A stretch of 22,143 nucleotides of DNA, taken from contig CBDHEC010000013.1 of NCBI GenBank assembly GCA_965261975.1, positions 1 through 22,143 on the forward strand, given 5' to 3'. The notes beneath the pieces are model-generated. The model was not told the DNA's origin, ran no database searches, and saw only the letters and a program-made list of their open reading frames with translations. Source of the stretch: Alphaproteobacteria bacterium (lineage in GTDB: Bacteria; Pseudomonadota; Alphaproteobacteria; UBA6615). Below, in pieces: positions 1-9,054 of this stretch (within the stretch, counting starts at the first letter, position 1; each line of letters starts with the position of its first letter). A program made the position numbers and the translations under genes.

Positions 1-512
1 TTCTTCTCCCAGTCCGCCGCCATCATGAAGCCCGCATCCTCGCGGCAATGGGCCTCGGTCATTTCCATGATCTCGTCGTTAGACAGGCTGAGATCGAAGG
101 GATGGGCATGGGGCTGGGGGACGTACCAGGGGGTGTGGACGTAGCACTCAATGCGGTTGCCGATCGGGTCCTGGAAGTAGATCGACCAGGCGTTGCCGTG
201 GGTGATCATCCGGTCGATGGTGATGCCCGCATCGACGACCCTGCCGTGCATCTCGCGCAGCTGGTCGAGATCATCCAGCAGGAACGACATCTGCTGGACG
301 TCGACCGTTTCCATGTCGTCGCGCGACGCCAGCACGAATTCATGATGCTCGCTCGGATCGCTCGACAGGAAGATGATGGTGGGGTTGCCGTCGTCGTCAT
401 TGCCCCGGTCCGTCTCGGTCATGCCGAGGATGCCGGTGTAGAAGTCGAGCAGGCCTTCCATGTCGTTGGTGTAGAGCCCCATATGCCGGAGCCGGGGTTT
501 GAGCGCGGTCAT
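1..512 (-). CDS. VOC (glyoxalase/bleomycin resistance/extradiol dioxygenase) family protein, 3' end runs off the window; not in the ORF track
   Basis: Hand translation from ATG 512: MTALKPRLRHMGLYTNDMEGLLDFYTGILGM...SDPSEHHEFVL...HGNAWSIYFQDPIGNRIECYVHTPWYVPQP, open to the window edge. H-x-G...FY...LG and S-x-YF-x-DP-x-GN-x-IE are typical VOC patterns. AGGAGA Shine-Dalgarno upstream. Confidence 0.85.
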   Translation of the reverse strand, partial: MTALKPRLRHMGLYTNDMEGLLDFYTGILGMTETDRGNDDDGNPTIIFLSSDPSEHHEFVLASRDDMETVDVQQMSFLLDDLDQLREMHGRVVDAGITIDRMITHGNAWSIYFQDPIGNRIECYVHTPWYVPQPHAHPFDLSLSNDEIMEMTEAHCREDAGFMMAADWEK

Positions 513-558
513 GGCTGTCTCCTGTGACAATCGGCTGTGGCGCGGATCGCAGGCAAGT

Positions 559-1362
559 CTAGCGCGAATTCGCCGCCTCGATATGGGCAAACAGCGCGGC
601 ATCAAATGCCGCCGGGTTTTCCAGGTTCGAGATGTGCGAGGCCGGGTCCAGGATCACGCATTGGGAGCCCGGCACGGCGGCGTGCATCTGCTCGGAGGCC
701 GCCGGCGGGGTGCTGCCGTCGGACTTGCCGGTCATGAACAGGCTCGGCACGGAGATCTCGCCCAGCCGGGGCAGATAGTTGAGGCCCTGCAGCGCCCCCG
801 CGCAGCCGGTATAGCCCTCTACGGACGTCTCGCGGATCATCCGGCGCACATGGTCCAGCACCGGCGCGTTGGCCGCCTCGGCCTGGAAGTCTTCCGTGAA
901 CCAGCGGGCCACCGTGGGCTCAACCAGCGCCTCCATGCCCTTGTCCCGGGCGAGCGCGATGCGGTCGACCCAGGGCGCGGCCCATTCCGGGTCCGCGAAG
1001 GGCCGCGCATCACAAGCGGCGAGGCTCAACAAACGATCGCCATGCTCGATGGCCATGCCCAGCCCGGCCATGCCGCCCAGGGACAGCCCCACATAATGGG
1101 CCTTGTCGACGCCGACGGCGTCCATCAGCGCGACGATGTCGCCGACCAGCAGTTCGAAGCTGTAGGGACCCTCCGGCGCTGAGCTCTGGCCGTGGCCGCG
1201 GGTGTCGTAGCGCAGGATGCGGTAGCGGTCGGAAAGCTGCGCCACCTCCGTGTCCCACATGGTGACATCGGTGGTCAGGGAGTTCGAAAACACGATCCAC
1301 GGCGCGCCTTCGGGGCCGTCTAGCTCGTAGCGGAAATCAACGCCGTTGAGGGTGATGTTCAT
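559..1362 (-). CDS. pcaD: 3-oxoadipate enol-lactonase-like alpha/beta hydrolase
   Basis: PcaD-type motifs VFSNSL, RYDTRGHGQS, nucleophile elbow GLSLGG, W-x-x-RI, RWFT and HISNLE (catalytic His). AGGAG SD overlaps the aspS stop. The actual substrate is not proven. Confidence 0.8.
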   Translation of the reverse strand: MNITLNGVDFRYELDGPEGAPWIVFSNSLTTDVTMWDTEVAQLSDRYRILRYDTRGHGQSSAPEGPYSFELLVGDIVALMDAVGVDKAHYVGLSLGGMAGLGMAIEHGDRLLSLAACDARPFADPEWAAPWVDRIALARDKGMEALVEPTVARWFTEDFQAEAANAPVLDHVRRMIRETSVEGYTGCAGALQGLNYLPRLGEISVPSLFMTGKSDGSTPPAASEQMHAAVPGSQCVILDPASHISNLENPAAFDAALFAHIEAANSR

Positions 1363-1374
1363 CGTTTAAAACTC

Positions 1375-3171
1375 CTACTTCTCGCCCTTCGGCAGCACCT
1401 TCTTCAGGTGCAGCTCCCGTAGCCTTGTGTCGTCCACCTCGGCCGGGGCGCCCATCATCAGGTCTTCGGCGCGCTGGTTCATCGGGAAGGCGATGACCTC
1501 GCGGATGTTGGGCTCGTCGGCGATCAGCATGACGATGCGGTCGATGCCCGGTGCCGAGCCGCCATGGGGCGGGGCGCCGTAGCGAAAGGCGTTGAACATG
1601 CCCGCGAACTCGCGCTCCACCGTCTCGCGGTCATAGCCCGCGATCTCGAAGGCCTTGAGCATAATGTCGGGTCGGTGGTTCCGGATCGCGCCGGACGACA
1701 GCTCCACGCCGTTGCACACGATGTCATACTGGTAGGCGAGCACATCCAGCGGGTCCTCGGCGTCCAGCGCCGCCATCTCGCCCTGGGGCATCGAGAACGG
1801 GTTGTGGGAGAACTCGATCGCGCCCGTGTCCTTGTCCTTCTCGTACATCGGGTAGTCGACGATCCAGCAGAAATCGTAACGGCCGGTCGGAATCAGGTCG
1901 AGATCCTCGCCGATCTTCGTGCGCGCCTTGCCCGCCAGATCGGCGGCCTCATCCGCGCTGCCGGCGGAGAAAAACACGGCGTCGCCATCCTTCAGGCCCG
2001 CCAGCTCCTTGAGCTTCTCGAGGCGCTCGCCGGCGACGAACTTAGCGATCGGGCCCTTGCCCTCGCCGTCTTCCAGGATGATGTAGCCCAGCCCCGGCGC
2101 GCCTTCCTCGCGGGCCCAGTCGTTGAGCTTGTCGAACCAGCTGCGCGGCTGCGACCCGCCGCCCGGCGCGGGAATGGCGCGCACGGTGCCGCCCTTCTCC
2201 ACCAACCCGGCAAAGATCTTGAAGTCCGAGCCCGCGAAAACTTCCGCCACGTCGGCGATCTCGATGGGGTTGCGCAGGTCGGGCTTGTCGTTGCCGTATT
2301 TCAGCATGGATTCCGCGTAGGGAATGCGCGGGAACGGCGTGGGCGTGACCGACCAGGCCTCGTCCCGGTTGAACCCGGCGAATTCCTCGAACACCCCGGC
2401 GATCACCGGCTCGATGGCGTTGAACACGTCTTCCTGGGTGGCGTAGGCCATCTCGAAATCGAGCTGGTAGAACTCGCCCGGCGAACGATCGGCACGTGCG
2501 TCCTCATCCCTGAAGCACGGTGCAATCTGGAAATACTTGTCGAAGCCCGCGACCATGAGCAGTTGCTTGAACTGCTGGGGCGCCTGGGGCAACGCGTAGA
2601 ACTTGCCCGGGTGCAGGCGCGAGGGCACCAGATAGTCGCGCGCGCCCTCGGGCGACGACGCGGTCAGGATCGGCGTCTGGAATTCCTTGAAATCGGCCTC
2701 GATCATGCGCCGGCGGATCGACGCGATCACGTCGTTGCGCAGCAGGATGTTGCGCGCGACCTTCTCCCGGCGGAGGTCGAGATAGCGGTAGCGCAGGCGG
2801 ATATCCTCGCCGGTGTCCTCATCCGAATTCACCTGCAGCGGCAGCTGATCCGCGCCGTTCTCGACATTGACCTCGTCGATGCCCACCTCGACCGAGCCGG
2901 TCGGGATGGTCGCGTTGACGGTCTCCTCGGACCGCGCCACCACGGGCCCGGTCACGGTGATGACCGATTCCAGCCGCGCGCCCTCGACGGTCGCGAATAT
3001 GGGGCTGGAGGTATCGATCACGCACTGGGTGATGCCGTATTGGTCGCGCAGGTCCACGAAGAGCAGATTGCCATGGTCGCGCTTGCGATGGATCCAGCCC
3101 GACAGGCGGACGGTATCGCCCGCATTCTCGTCGCGCAGTTCACCGCAGGTATGGGTTCGATAGGGATGCAT
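1375..3171 (-). CDS. aspS: Aspartate--tRNA ligase, probably the non-discriminating Asp/Asn type
   Basis: [11 protein letters not shown]-terminus, [35 protein letters not shown], motif 2 [19 protein letters not shown], motif 3 GAPPHGG...GIDR. His in RDHG fits non-discriminating enzymes. Confidence 0.98.
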   Translation of the reverse strand: MHPYRTHTCGELRDENAGDTVRLSGWIHRKRDHGNLLFVDLRDQYGITQCVIDTSSPIFATVEGARLESVITVTGPVVARSEETVNATIPTGSVEVGIDEVNVENGADQLPLQVNSDEDTGEDIRLRYRYLDLRREKVARNILLRNDVIASIRRRMIEADFKEFQTPILTASSPEGARDYLVPSRLHPGKFYALPQAPQQFKQLLMVAGFDKYFQIAPCFRDEDARADRSPGEFYQLDFEMAYATQEDVFNAIEPVIAGVFEEFAGFNRDEAWSVTPTPFPRIPYAESMLKYGNDKPDLRNPIEIADVAEVFAGSDFKIFAGLVEKGGTVRAIPAPGGGSQPRSWFDKLNDWAREEGAPGLGYIILEDGEGKGPIAKFVAGERLEKLKELAGLKDGDAVFFSAGSADEAADLAGKARTKIGEDLDLIPTGRYDFCWIVDYPMYEKDKDTGAIEFSHNPFSMPQGEMAALDAEDPLDVLAYQYDIVCNGVELSSGAIRNHRPDIMLKAFEIAGYDRETVEREFAGMFNAFRYGAPPHGGSAPGIDRIVMLIADEPNIREVIAFPMNQRAEDLMMGAPAEVDDTRLRELHLKKVLPKGEK

Positions 3172-3300
3172 GTTTGGTCCCGGAGAAGCTGGTTAAAAGC
3201 TGGAAATCGGCCCTTTTGAGGTCGCGGGCCGCCTGTCGCGCCAATGGCCACGGATCGCCCGCGCCTGTCAAGGCCACAGCAGCCGTTCGACGCGGCGTCG

Positions 3301-3319
3301 GGCGGGTTTCAAACCCGCC
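3301..3319. repeat. Perfect palindrome GGCGGGTTT-C-AAACCCGCC (REP-like) in the aspS/rnd divergent spacer
   Basis: 9-bp perfect inverted repeat read directly, preceded by GTCG (3297-3300). Confidence 0.6.
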
Positions 3320-3335
3320 AGAATCCCTGTAGAAC
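3307..3335 (+). promoter_or_regulatory. Putative sigma70 promoter for rnd, likely giving a leaderless mRNA
   Basis: TTCAAA (3308-3313), 16-nt spacer, TAGAAC (3330-3335). The ATG follows after 8 nt and there is no SD (upstream is CCGCCCTCC). Confidence 0.4.
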
Positions 3336-3343
3336 CGCCCTCC

Positions 3344-4528
3344 ATGAATGTAATTTCAGACACCGATGCGCTCGTCGCCTTCTGTGACGCGCTGTCCACC
3401 GCCGAATACATCACCGTCGATACCGAGTTCATGCGCGAGAGCACGTTCTGGCCGATCCTGTGCCTGGTGCAGGTCGCGGGGCCGGACGATGAAGCGATTA
3501 TTGATCCGATGGCCGACGGCATGGATATGTCGCCGCTCTATGACCTGATCGCCGACGAAAACGTGCTCAAGGTGATGCACGCGGCCAAGCAGGACATCGA
3601 GATCTTCCATCACGAGGGCGGCGTCACGCCCGTGCCCCTGTTCGACACCCAGATCGCGGCCATGGTCGCGGGCTTCGGCGACCAGGTCGGCTACGAGACG
3701 CTGATTTCCAAGTTGACGAAAGTCCGCCCCGACAAGGGCAGCCGGTTTACCGACTGGTCCCAGCGCCCCCTGACCGACGCCCAGCTCGACTATGCGCTCG
3801 CCGACGTGACCCATCTGCGTCCGGCCTATGAGAAGCTGCGCCGCCGGATCGAGGAGAATGGCCGCCTCGCCTGGGTCGAGGAGGAAATGGTCAAGCTCGC
3901 CGACCCGGCCCTCTACGAAGTGGTACCCGAGGAGGGCTGGCGCCGGCTCAAGCCCAAGCGCAACCAGCCGAAATACCTGGCCATGCTCCAGGCCGTGGCC
4001 GCTTGGCGCGACCGCGAGGCCATGGCGCGCGACCTGCCGCGCAACCGGCTGATGCGCGACGACGTGCTGGCCCAGATCGCGGCCCGCCCGCCAGAGGACG
4101 AACAATCCCTGCAGCGCATGCGTGGTATCCCGAAAAACTTCGCCGCCGGCCGCCTCGGCCAGGGGCTCCTGGCAGCCGTCGCCGACGGGCGTGCGATGCC
4201 CCACGACCAAGCGCCGACCATCCCCGAGCCCGTGGAATTGCCGCCGGGTGCGGGCGCGTTGATGGATTTGCTCAAGGTACTGCTCAAGTTCAAATGCGAC
4301 ACCAACAAGGTCGCGCAAAAACTCGTCGCGACTGTGGCCGATCTCGAAGCGATCGCCGCCGACGACAATGCCGATGTGGCGGCGCTGAAAGGCTGGCGCC
4401 GGGACATCTTCGGCAGCGACGCACTGCGCCTGAAAGCCGGCGAAATCGCCCTGGCGGCGGGCCATGGCAAGGTGCGGATCGTTGACGTCGGCCCAGCTGT
4501 CGCAGGCGGTGAAGAAGCGGCCGAATAG
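3344..4528 (+). CDS. rnd: Ribonuclease D
   Basis: DEDDy exonuclease motifs VDTEFMRE, HAAKQDIE, FDTQIAA, TDWSQRPL, YALADV. HRDC region WRDREA...PRN and C-terminal GWRR. Confidence 0.96.
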   Translation: MNVISDTDALVAFCDALSTAEYITVDTEFMRESTFWPILCLVQVAGPDDEAIIDPMADGMDMSPLYDLIADENVLKVMHAAKQDIEIFHHEGGVTPVPLFDTQIAAMVAGFGDQVGYETLISKLTKVRPDKGSRFTDWSQRPLTDAQLDYALADVTHLRPAYEKLRRRIEENGRLAWVEEEMVKLADPALYEVVPEEGWRRLKPKRNQPKYLAMLQAVAAWRDREAMARDLPRNRLMRDDVLAQIAARPPEDEQSLQRMRGIPKNFAAGRLGQGLLAAVADGRAMPHDQAPTIPEPVELPPGAGALMDLLKVLLKFKCDTNKVAQKLVATVADLEAIAADDNADVAALKGWRRDIFGSDALRLKAGEIALAAGHGKVRIVDVGPAVAGGEEAAE

Positions 4529-4548
4529 CCTCGATCGTTCGCGCCCCG

Positions 4549-6066
4549 CTAGCCGATCACCTCTCGCAGGCCCTCGCGTTCGATCACGCCCGATACCCCG
4601 AACTGCTTGGCCAGGGCGCCGAACCGGGTGCGCACCAGATCACCAAAGAGATCGGCCTGCCCCGGCCCCAGACTCAGCACGAGCTGTTCGCTATCGAGTT
4701 TCAGCCCCGCCCCCTTGAGCAACGCGGTGTTGCCGCCGGTAAAGGTCTCGGCCAACCGCAGGGCCGAACCCAGGCGCCGCGACCAATCGGTTTCCTCGGG
4801 CCCGAGGAGTGCGTTGGCGACCCGCAGGGTCGACCCGCGCTTGGCGCTGCTGTAGCGCCGGAACACCGCCAGCGCAATCATGGTCTTGTCGACATGGCTG
4901 AGCGCCATCAAGGGCAGACGCAGAATACGGAAATAGACCTGTTCGGCCCGATAGTCCGGGTGTTCATGCCAGCCGATATCGGCGAGCAGGCAGGCCGCGC
5001 GCCGCAGGCGGCGCAGGTTGGAGTCCTCACCCTCGAACAATGGCGACACCCAGTCGAACAATGCGGTGCCCGTACCCAGCGCGCGGCTTTCACGCGCGGC
5101 AAGATGCTCACACGCGACGATTAGCGGATCTTGCGCACGCGTGTCCCCGTCGAGCGCATCAAACTGAGAGCCCTCGCGAATACCGTTGGCGGAGAACACG
5201 ACCGCATCAGCGTTCGACGCATCAATCAGGCGTTCGAGCACCAGCGCGGCGGTCGATATTGTGGGGATGCGCGCACGGGGCACGACACTGATCCGCGACA
5301 GGCTCTCGGTACCGAGCCCGGCGACGACACGGCAAAAATCCGCGGTATCTCTGCCCGACATTTGATAGTTGTGGATCACCCGCAAGGGATATTTAGTCTG
5401 CACCATGTGCAGGCGGGCAAGCGCGCGCCAGGCGCCGCCGACCGCATAAATCGCGCCCCCGTCCAGCGCCGCGCCGACCCATGAGAAGCCCGCCAACACT
5501 TCGTCGATATAATCCGACAATTCGTCGCCATCGACACCCGTCGCGGCCAAACGCAGGGGGCCCAGAGGCAGGCTGCCATGGTCGCCGACCTTGCCCCCCG
5601 AAATACCAGCGAGCTCAAGGCTGCCGCCACCCAGATCCGCGGCCATGCCATGGGCATCGGGAAGCCCGCTGATCACACCACAGGCCGCGAGACGCGCTTC
5701 CTGGTTGCCGTCGAGCTGGGCCACCGCGCACCCGAATATGCCTTCGACCTGGGCGAGGAAATCCGCACCGTCTGCGGCCTCGCGCGTTGCCGCCGTCGCC
5801 ACGAGCATCGTGTCCTCGATGCCCATGGTGCGCACGATCGCCGCGAAACGCGGCAGGTTCGCCAGGGCCTGGGCTACCCCGTCGGGGTGAAGGCGTCCCG
5901 TCGCGGCGAGCTCGCGGCCGATCCCGCAGGTAACCCGCTCGTTAAACACCACCGGTGCCGCGCGCGAGCGATCGCGGAACACGACAAGCCGGATCGAGTT
6001 CGACCCGATATCAACAACCGCCGCCGGCCCGCCGACAGATGGCGACCGGTCAGGCATCAAAAGCAC
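4549..6066 (-). CDS. ppx: Ppx/GppA family exopolyphosphatase
   Basis: VVDIGSNSIRLVV, ATAATREA, EARL, DLGGGSLEL, GIREG, C-terminal DIGWHEHPDYR. Lies directly downstream of ppk1. Start may be ATG 6057. Confidence 0.93.
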   Translation of the reverse strand: MLLMPDRSPSVGGPAAVVDIGSNSIRLVVFRDRSRAAPVVFNERVTCGIGRELAATGRLHPDGVAQALANLPRFAAIVRTMGIEDTMLVATAATREAADGADFLAQVEGIFGCAVAQLDGNQEARLAACGVISGLPDAHGMAADLGGGSLELAGISGGKVGDHGSLPLGPLRLAATGVDGDELSDYIDEVLAGFSWVGAALDGGAIYAVGGAWRALARLHMVQTKYPLRVIHNYQMSGRDTADFCRVVAGLGTESLSRISVVPRARIPTISTAALVLERLIDASNADAVVFSANGIREGSQFDALDGDTRAQDPLIVACEHLAARESRALGTGTALFDWVSPLFEGEDSNLRRLRRAACLLADIGWHEHPDYRAEQVYFRILRLPLMALSHVDKTMIALAVFRRYSSAKRGSTLRVANALLGPEETDWSRRLGSALRLAETFTGGNTALLKGAGLKLDSEQLVLSLGPGQADLFGDLVRTRFGALAKQFGVSGVIEREGLREVIG

Positions 6067-6090
6067 ATGAAATTGGGGTGTTGGCGGACC

Positions 6091-8262
6091 TTAGTCGGGA
6101 TGCGCGAGCAACTGGGGCGCGCTGCCGGGTTTCTTCAACGCGCTGCCACGCCCAGACAGGCTGGGATTGGTCATAAAATATCGGTGCGCGTTGAATGGGT
6201 CCTGCTCGTCGCTCGTGTCGATCCGGGTATAGGTGCCATCGGGCTCCATGACCCAGCTTTGGGCGCGATCCAGCAGATTCGCAACCAAGATTTGGTCGAG
6301 AATTTGCTGGTGCACGGTCCCGCTTTCGATGGGCACCAGAAGTTCGACACGACGATCGAGATTGCGCGGCATCCAGTCGGCCGACGAGATGAACAGCTTG
6401 GCCTGCGGCGACGGCAGCTCCTCACCGGATCCGAAAGCGATAATCCGGGAATGTTCGAGGAAGCGACCGATGATGCTCTTCACCTCGATATTCTCGCTCA
6501 GGCCCGGCACACCAGGGCGCAGGCAACAATTGCCGCGGATCACCAGGCGAATCATGACGCCGGCCTGGGACGCCCGGTACAGCATGTCGATGATGTCGCC
6601 ATCGACAAGACTGTTGAACTTCGCCCAGATTTCAGCCGGTCGGCCCGCACGCGCGTACTCGATTTCCTGCTCGATGCAATCCATCAGCGTTTCGCGCAGG
6701 TTGACGGGCGCGACCGCGACCTTCTCCAGCCCCTCCGGACGGGCGTAGCCGGTCATGTAGTTGAACACCCGCGAGGCGTCCTGACACAGCATCGTGTCCT
6801 TCGTCAGATAGCTGATGTCGGTGTAAATCCGGGCGGTGATCGGATGGTAATTGCCGGTCCCGAAATGGGCATAGGTCCGCAGATCACTGCCTTCGCGCCG
6901 GTGCACCAGCGTGATCTTCGCGTGGGTTTTCAGGTCGATGAACCCGTAGACGATCTGCACGCCCGCGCGTTCCAGCTCGCGCGCCCAGCGGATGTTCGCC
7001 TCTTCGTCGAAGCGCGCCTTCAGCTCGACCAGCGCCGTCACGGACTTGCCGGCCTCGGCCGCCTCGATCAGGGCGCTGACGATGGGTGAGTCTTCCGAGG
7101 TGCGGTAGAGCGTCTGTTTGATGGCGACAACCTGGGGGTCCCGCGCAGCCTGTCGCAGGAACTGGACGACCACGTCGAAGGATTCGAACGGGTGGTGGAC
7201 AACGATATCCTTGTCCCGGATCGCCGCGAAGCAATCGCCGGCAAAGTCGCGGATACGCTCGGGAAATCTTGCGTTAAAGGGTTCGAACAACAGATCGCGC
7301 CGGTCATCGACGATGAGTTCCTCGGTCCGGTCGAGCCCGGGCATCCCGTCGAGGACGAACACGTCTTCCTCGTCGACTCCGATTTCCTCCGTCACGAAGC
7401 GCCGCAGTTCCGCCGGCATCTCGGCATCGACGGTAAGGCGGATCACCGTGCCGCGGCGCCGGCGCTTGAGCGCGGATTCGAAGAGCCGGACGAGATCTTC
7501 CGCTTCCTCCAGAACCTCGATGTCGCTGTCGCGAATGACACGGAATGTGCCCATGCCGCGCAACTCGAAGCCCGGGAAGACCCGATCCAGGAACATGGCC
7601 ACGCATTTCTCGAGCAGAATGAAACGCGGGCGATCGCCGGGCAGGCGGATGAAACGCTCGATCTGTCCGGGCAGCGGCAGCAAGCCAATCATGGGCCTGT
7701 TGTCGCTGGGCCGGTAGAGTTGCAGCGCTTCCGCCAGCCCGAAATTCGGAATGAACGGAAACGGATGGGCCGGGTCGACCGCGAGCGGTGTCAGCACGGG
7801 AAAGATCGTGGTCATGAACCGGTTCTCGAGCCATGCCGCCTCGTCGTCGCTCAGCTCGTCGGCCTCGACAACCGTGATGTCACTGGCCCGCAATTCATCG
7901 ACCAGCGCGAGCCAGGTCTTCTGCTGCGCCGCCATCAGCGCACCCGCACGCGCGTTAATCGCCGCCAGCTGCTCGCTGGGCGTCATGCCTTCCTGGGTCA
8001 GCGTCGAAATACCGGCCTCGACCTGCCCCTTCAGGCCTGCGACCCGGACCATATAAAATTCGTCCAGGTTCGACGCGGAGATCGACAGGAACCGCACCCG
8101 CTCAAGCAACGGATGGTTGCGATTCTCCGCCTCTTCCAGGACACGCTCATTGAACGCCAGCCATGACAGCTCGCGGTTGATGAACCGTCCGGGAGAATCC
8201 ATCCCGATCCCGGGGACCGGGTCGGGGATCATTGCGTTGTCTTCAGCGACCACGGGGACCAC
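6091..8262 (-). CDS. ppk1: Polyphosphate kinase 1
   Basis: [60 protein letters not shown] (phospho-His), [27 protein letters not shown]. Start uncertain (GTG 8262 or ATG 8232). Confidence 0.98.
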   Translation of the reverse strand: MVPVVAEDNAMIPDPVPGIGMDSPGRFINRELSWLAFNERVLEEAENRNHPLLERVRFLSISASNLDEFYMVRVAGLKGQVEAGISTLTQEGMTPSEQLAAINARAGALMAAQQKTWLALVDELRASDITVVEADELSDDEAAWLENRFMTTIFPVLTPLAVDPAHPFPFIPNFGLAEALQLYRPSDNRPMIGLLPLPGQIERFIRLPGDRPRFILLEKCVAMFLDRVFPGFELRGMGTFRVIRDSDIEVLEEAEDLVRLFESALKRRRRGTVIRLTVDAEMPAELRRFVTEEIGVDEEDVFVLDGMPGLDRTEELIVDDRRDLLFEPFNARFPERIRDFAGDCFAAIRDKDIVVHHPFESFDVVVQFLRQAARDPQVVAIKQTLYRTSEDSPIVSALIEAAEAGKSVTALVELKARFDEEANIRWARELERAGVQIVYGFIDLKTHAKITLVHRREGSDLRTYAHFGTGNYHPITARIYTDISYLTKDTMLCQDASRVFNYMTGYARPEGLEKVAVAPVNLRETLMDCIEQEIEYARAGRPAEIWAKFNSLVDGDIIDMLYRASQAGVMIRLVIRGNCCLRPGVPGLSENIEVKSIIGRFLEHSRIIAFGSGEELPSPQAKLFISSADWMPRNLDRRVELLVPIESGTVHQQILDQILVANLLDRAQSWVMEPDGTYTRIDTSDEQDPFNAHRYFMTNPSLSGRGSALKKPGSAPQLLAHPD

Positions 8263-8323
8263 GTTTTAGTTAGGAATTACAGTGGCATACACGCCAGATA
8301 GCCCTCTAGGCTAGCGATATCGG

Positions 8324-8368
8324 ATCATGTCTGCAATTTATGACGGATCAATGTCCGTTTCATGTCAG
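8324..8368 (-). promoter_or_regulatory. Putative Pho box (three 11-bp units) plus -10 element upstream of ppk1
   Basis: Minus strand reads CTGACATgaaa CGGACATtgat CCGTCATaaat (8368-8336), matching CTGTCAT at 6/7, 5/7 and 6/7 in exact 11-bp phase. CATGAT (8329-8324) lies 10 nt after the last heptamer. Confidence 0.65.
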
Positions 8369-9042
8369 GCGAAATCGCCGAGAATTTCCCGTGCGAGCGG
8401 CACCGTGACCGGGCGTCCACGCTCGAGCGCGGCAGAATCGATCGCCGCGACGATATCCGCCACGGCGGCAAAAGAACGCTCCATGCGCGCCATCAGGTAG
8501 AGCACCACATCCTCGCCCACCAGCAGCTGGCGGTCGCGAAACAACTTGACCATCAACGCGGCCAGCAAATCATCGTCCGGCGCCGATATACCCGCGCCCG
8601 ACAAGGCCTTCAGCCGCGATGCCAGGTCCGCCAGTCCGACGTTCCAGCGCGCCGGCGCCTCGCGTCCCGCGAGCAACACCGCGCCGTCGGTCTCCAACAT
8701 GTAGTTGTAGAGATGGAGCAGCGCCTCTTCGCCCTCCCGGGCGCCGGCCAGCTGGTCGGCACCGTCCACAAACAGATACCTGTTCCGCGCGCGCAGTTCC
8801 GACCCGTCGGACCGGCGCACGTCGTCGGGTCCGATCAGGCTTCCCCCGCTCACTTCGCACCAGACATGCCCCAGATGGGTCTTACCCGACGCGGCTGGCC
8901 CCCAGATCGCGAGCGCCCGCGCGGGCCATTCCGGCCAGCGATCGATCCACTCGACCGCTTCGGCATTACTGCTGGAGACCAGGAAGTCCGACCGCCCCCG
9001 CGCGGTTCGATGGCCCAGATCCAAGACGAGTTGCCGGCTCAC
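8365..9042 (-). CDS. hdaA: DnaA regulatory inactivator HdaA/Hda
   Basis: N-terminal clamp-binding motif QLVLDL, SNAEA, Walker A GPAASGKTHL, LHLYN, arginine-finger DLASRL, MERS. Length 225 aa, as expected for Hda. Confidence 0.92.
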   Translation of the reverse strand: MSRQLVLDLGHRTARGRSDFLVSSSNAEAVEWIDRWPEWPARALAIWGPAASGKTHLGHVWCEVSGGSLIGPDDVRRSDGSELRARNRYLFVDGADQLAGAREGEEALLHLYNYMLETDGAVLLAGREAPARWNVGLADLASRLKALSGAGISAPDDDLLAALMVKLFRDRQLLVGEDVVLYLMARMERSFAAVADIVAAIDSAALERGRPVTVPLAREILGDFA

Positions 9043-9054
9043 AAATCGACCCGC

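Noticed and set aside
1564-3219. 551-aa ORF antisense to aspS, and similar long shadow ORFs (3356-4465, 5578-7089, 7192-8166, 8362-10245, 10211-11110, 11101-12054, 13349-14245)
   Set aside because: Each mirrors a well-supported gene on the other strand and shows no protein motif. Stop-poor antisense frames are expected in high-GC coding DNA.
3243-3271. Perfect TTGACA on the minus strand upstream of aspS
   Set aside because: There is no convincing -10 at 16-18 nt spacing, so it is not called as a promoter although it may be one.
4960-4990. Ppx C-terminal HD motif reads AD (LLADIGW)
   Set aside because: Degenerate HD motifs of this form are common in alphaproteobacterial Ppx and do not indicate a pseudogene.
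8750-8780. HdaA Walker B reads VDGAD
   Set aside because: Walker B is variable in Hda proteins. The clamp-binding motif, Walker A and arginine finger are intact.
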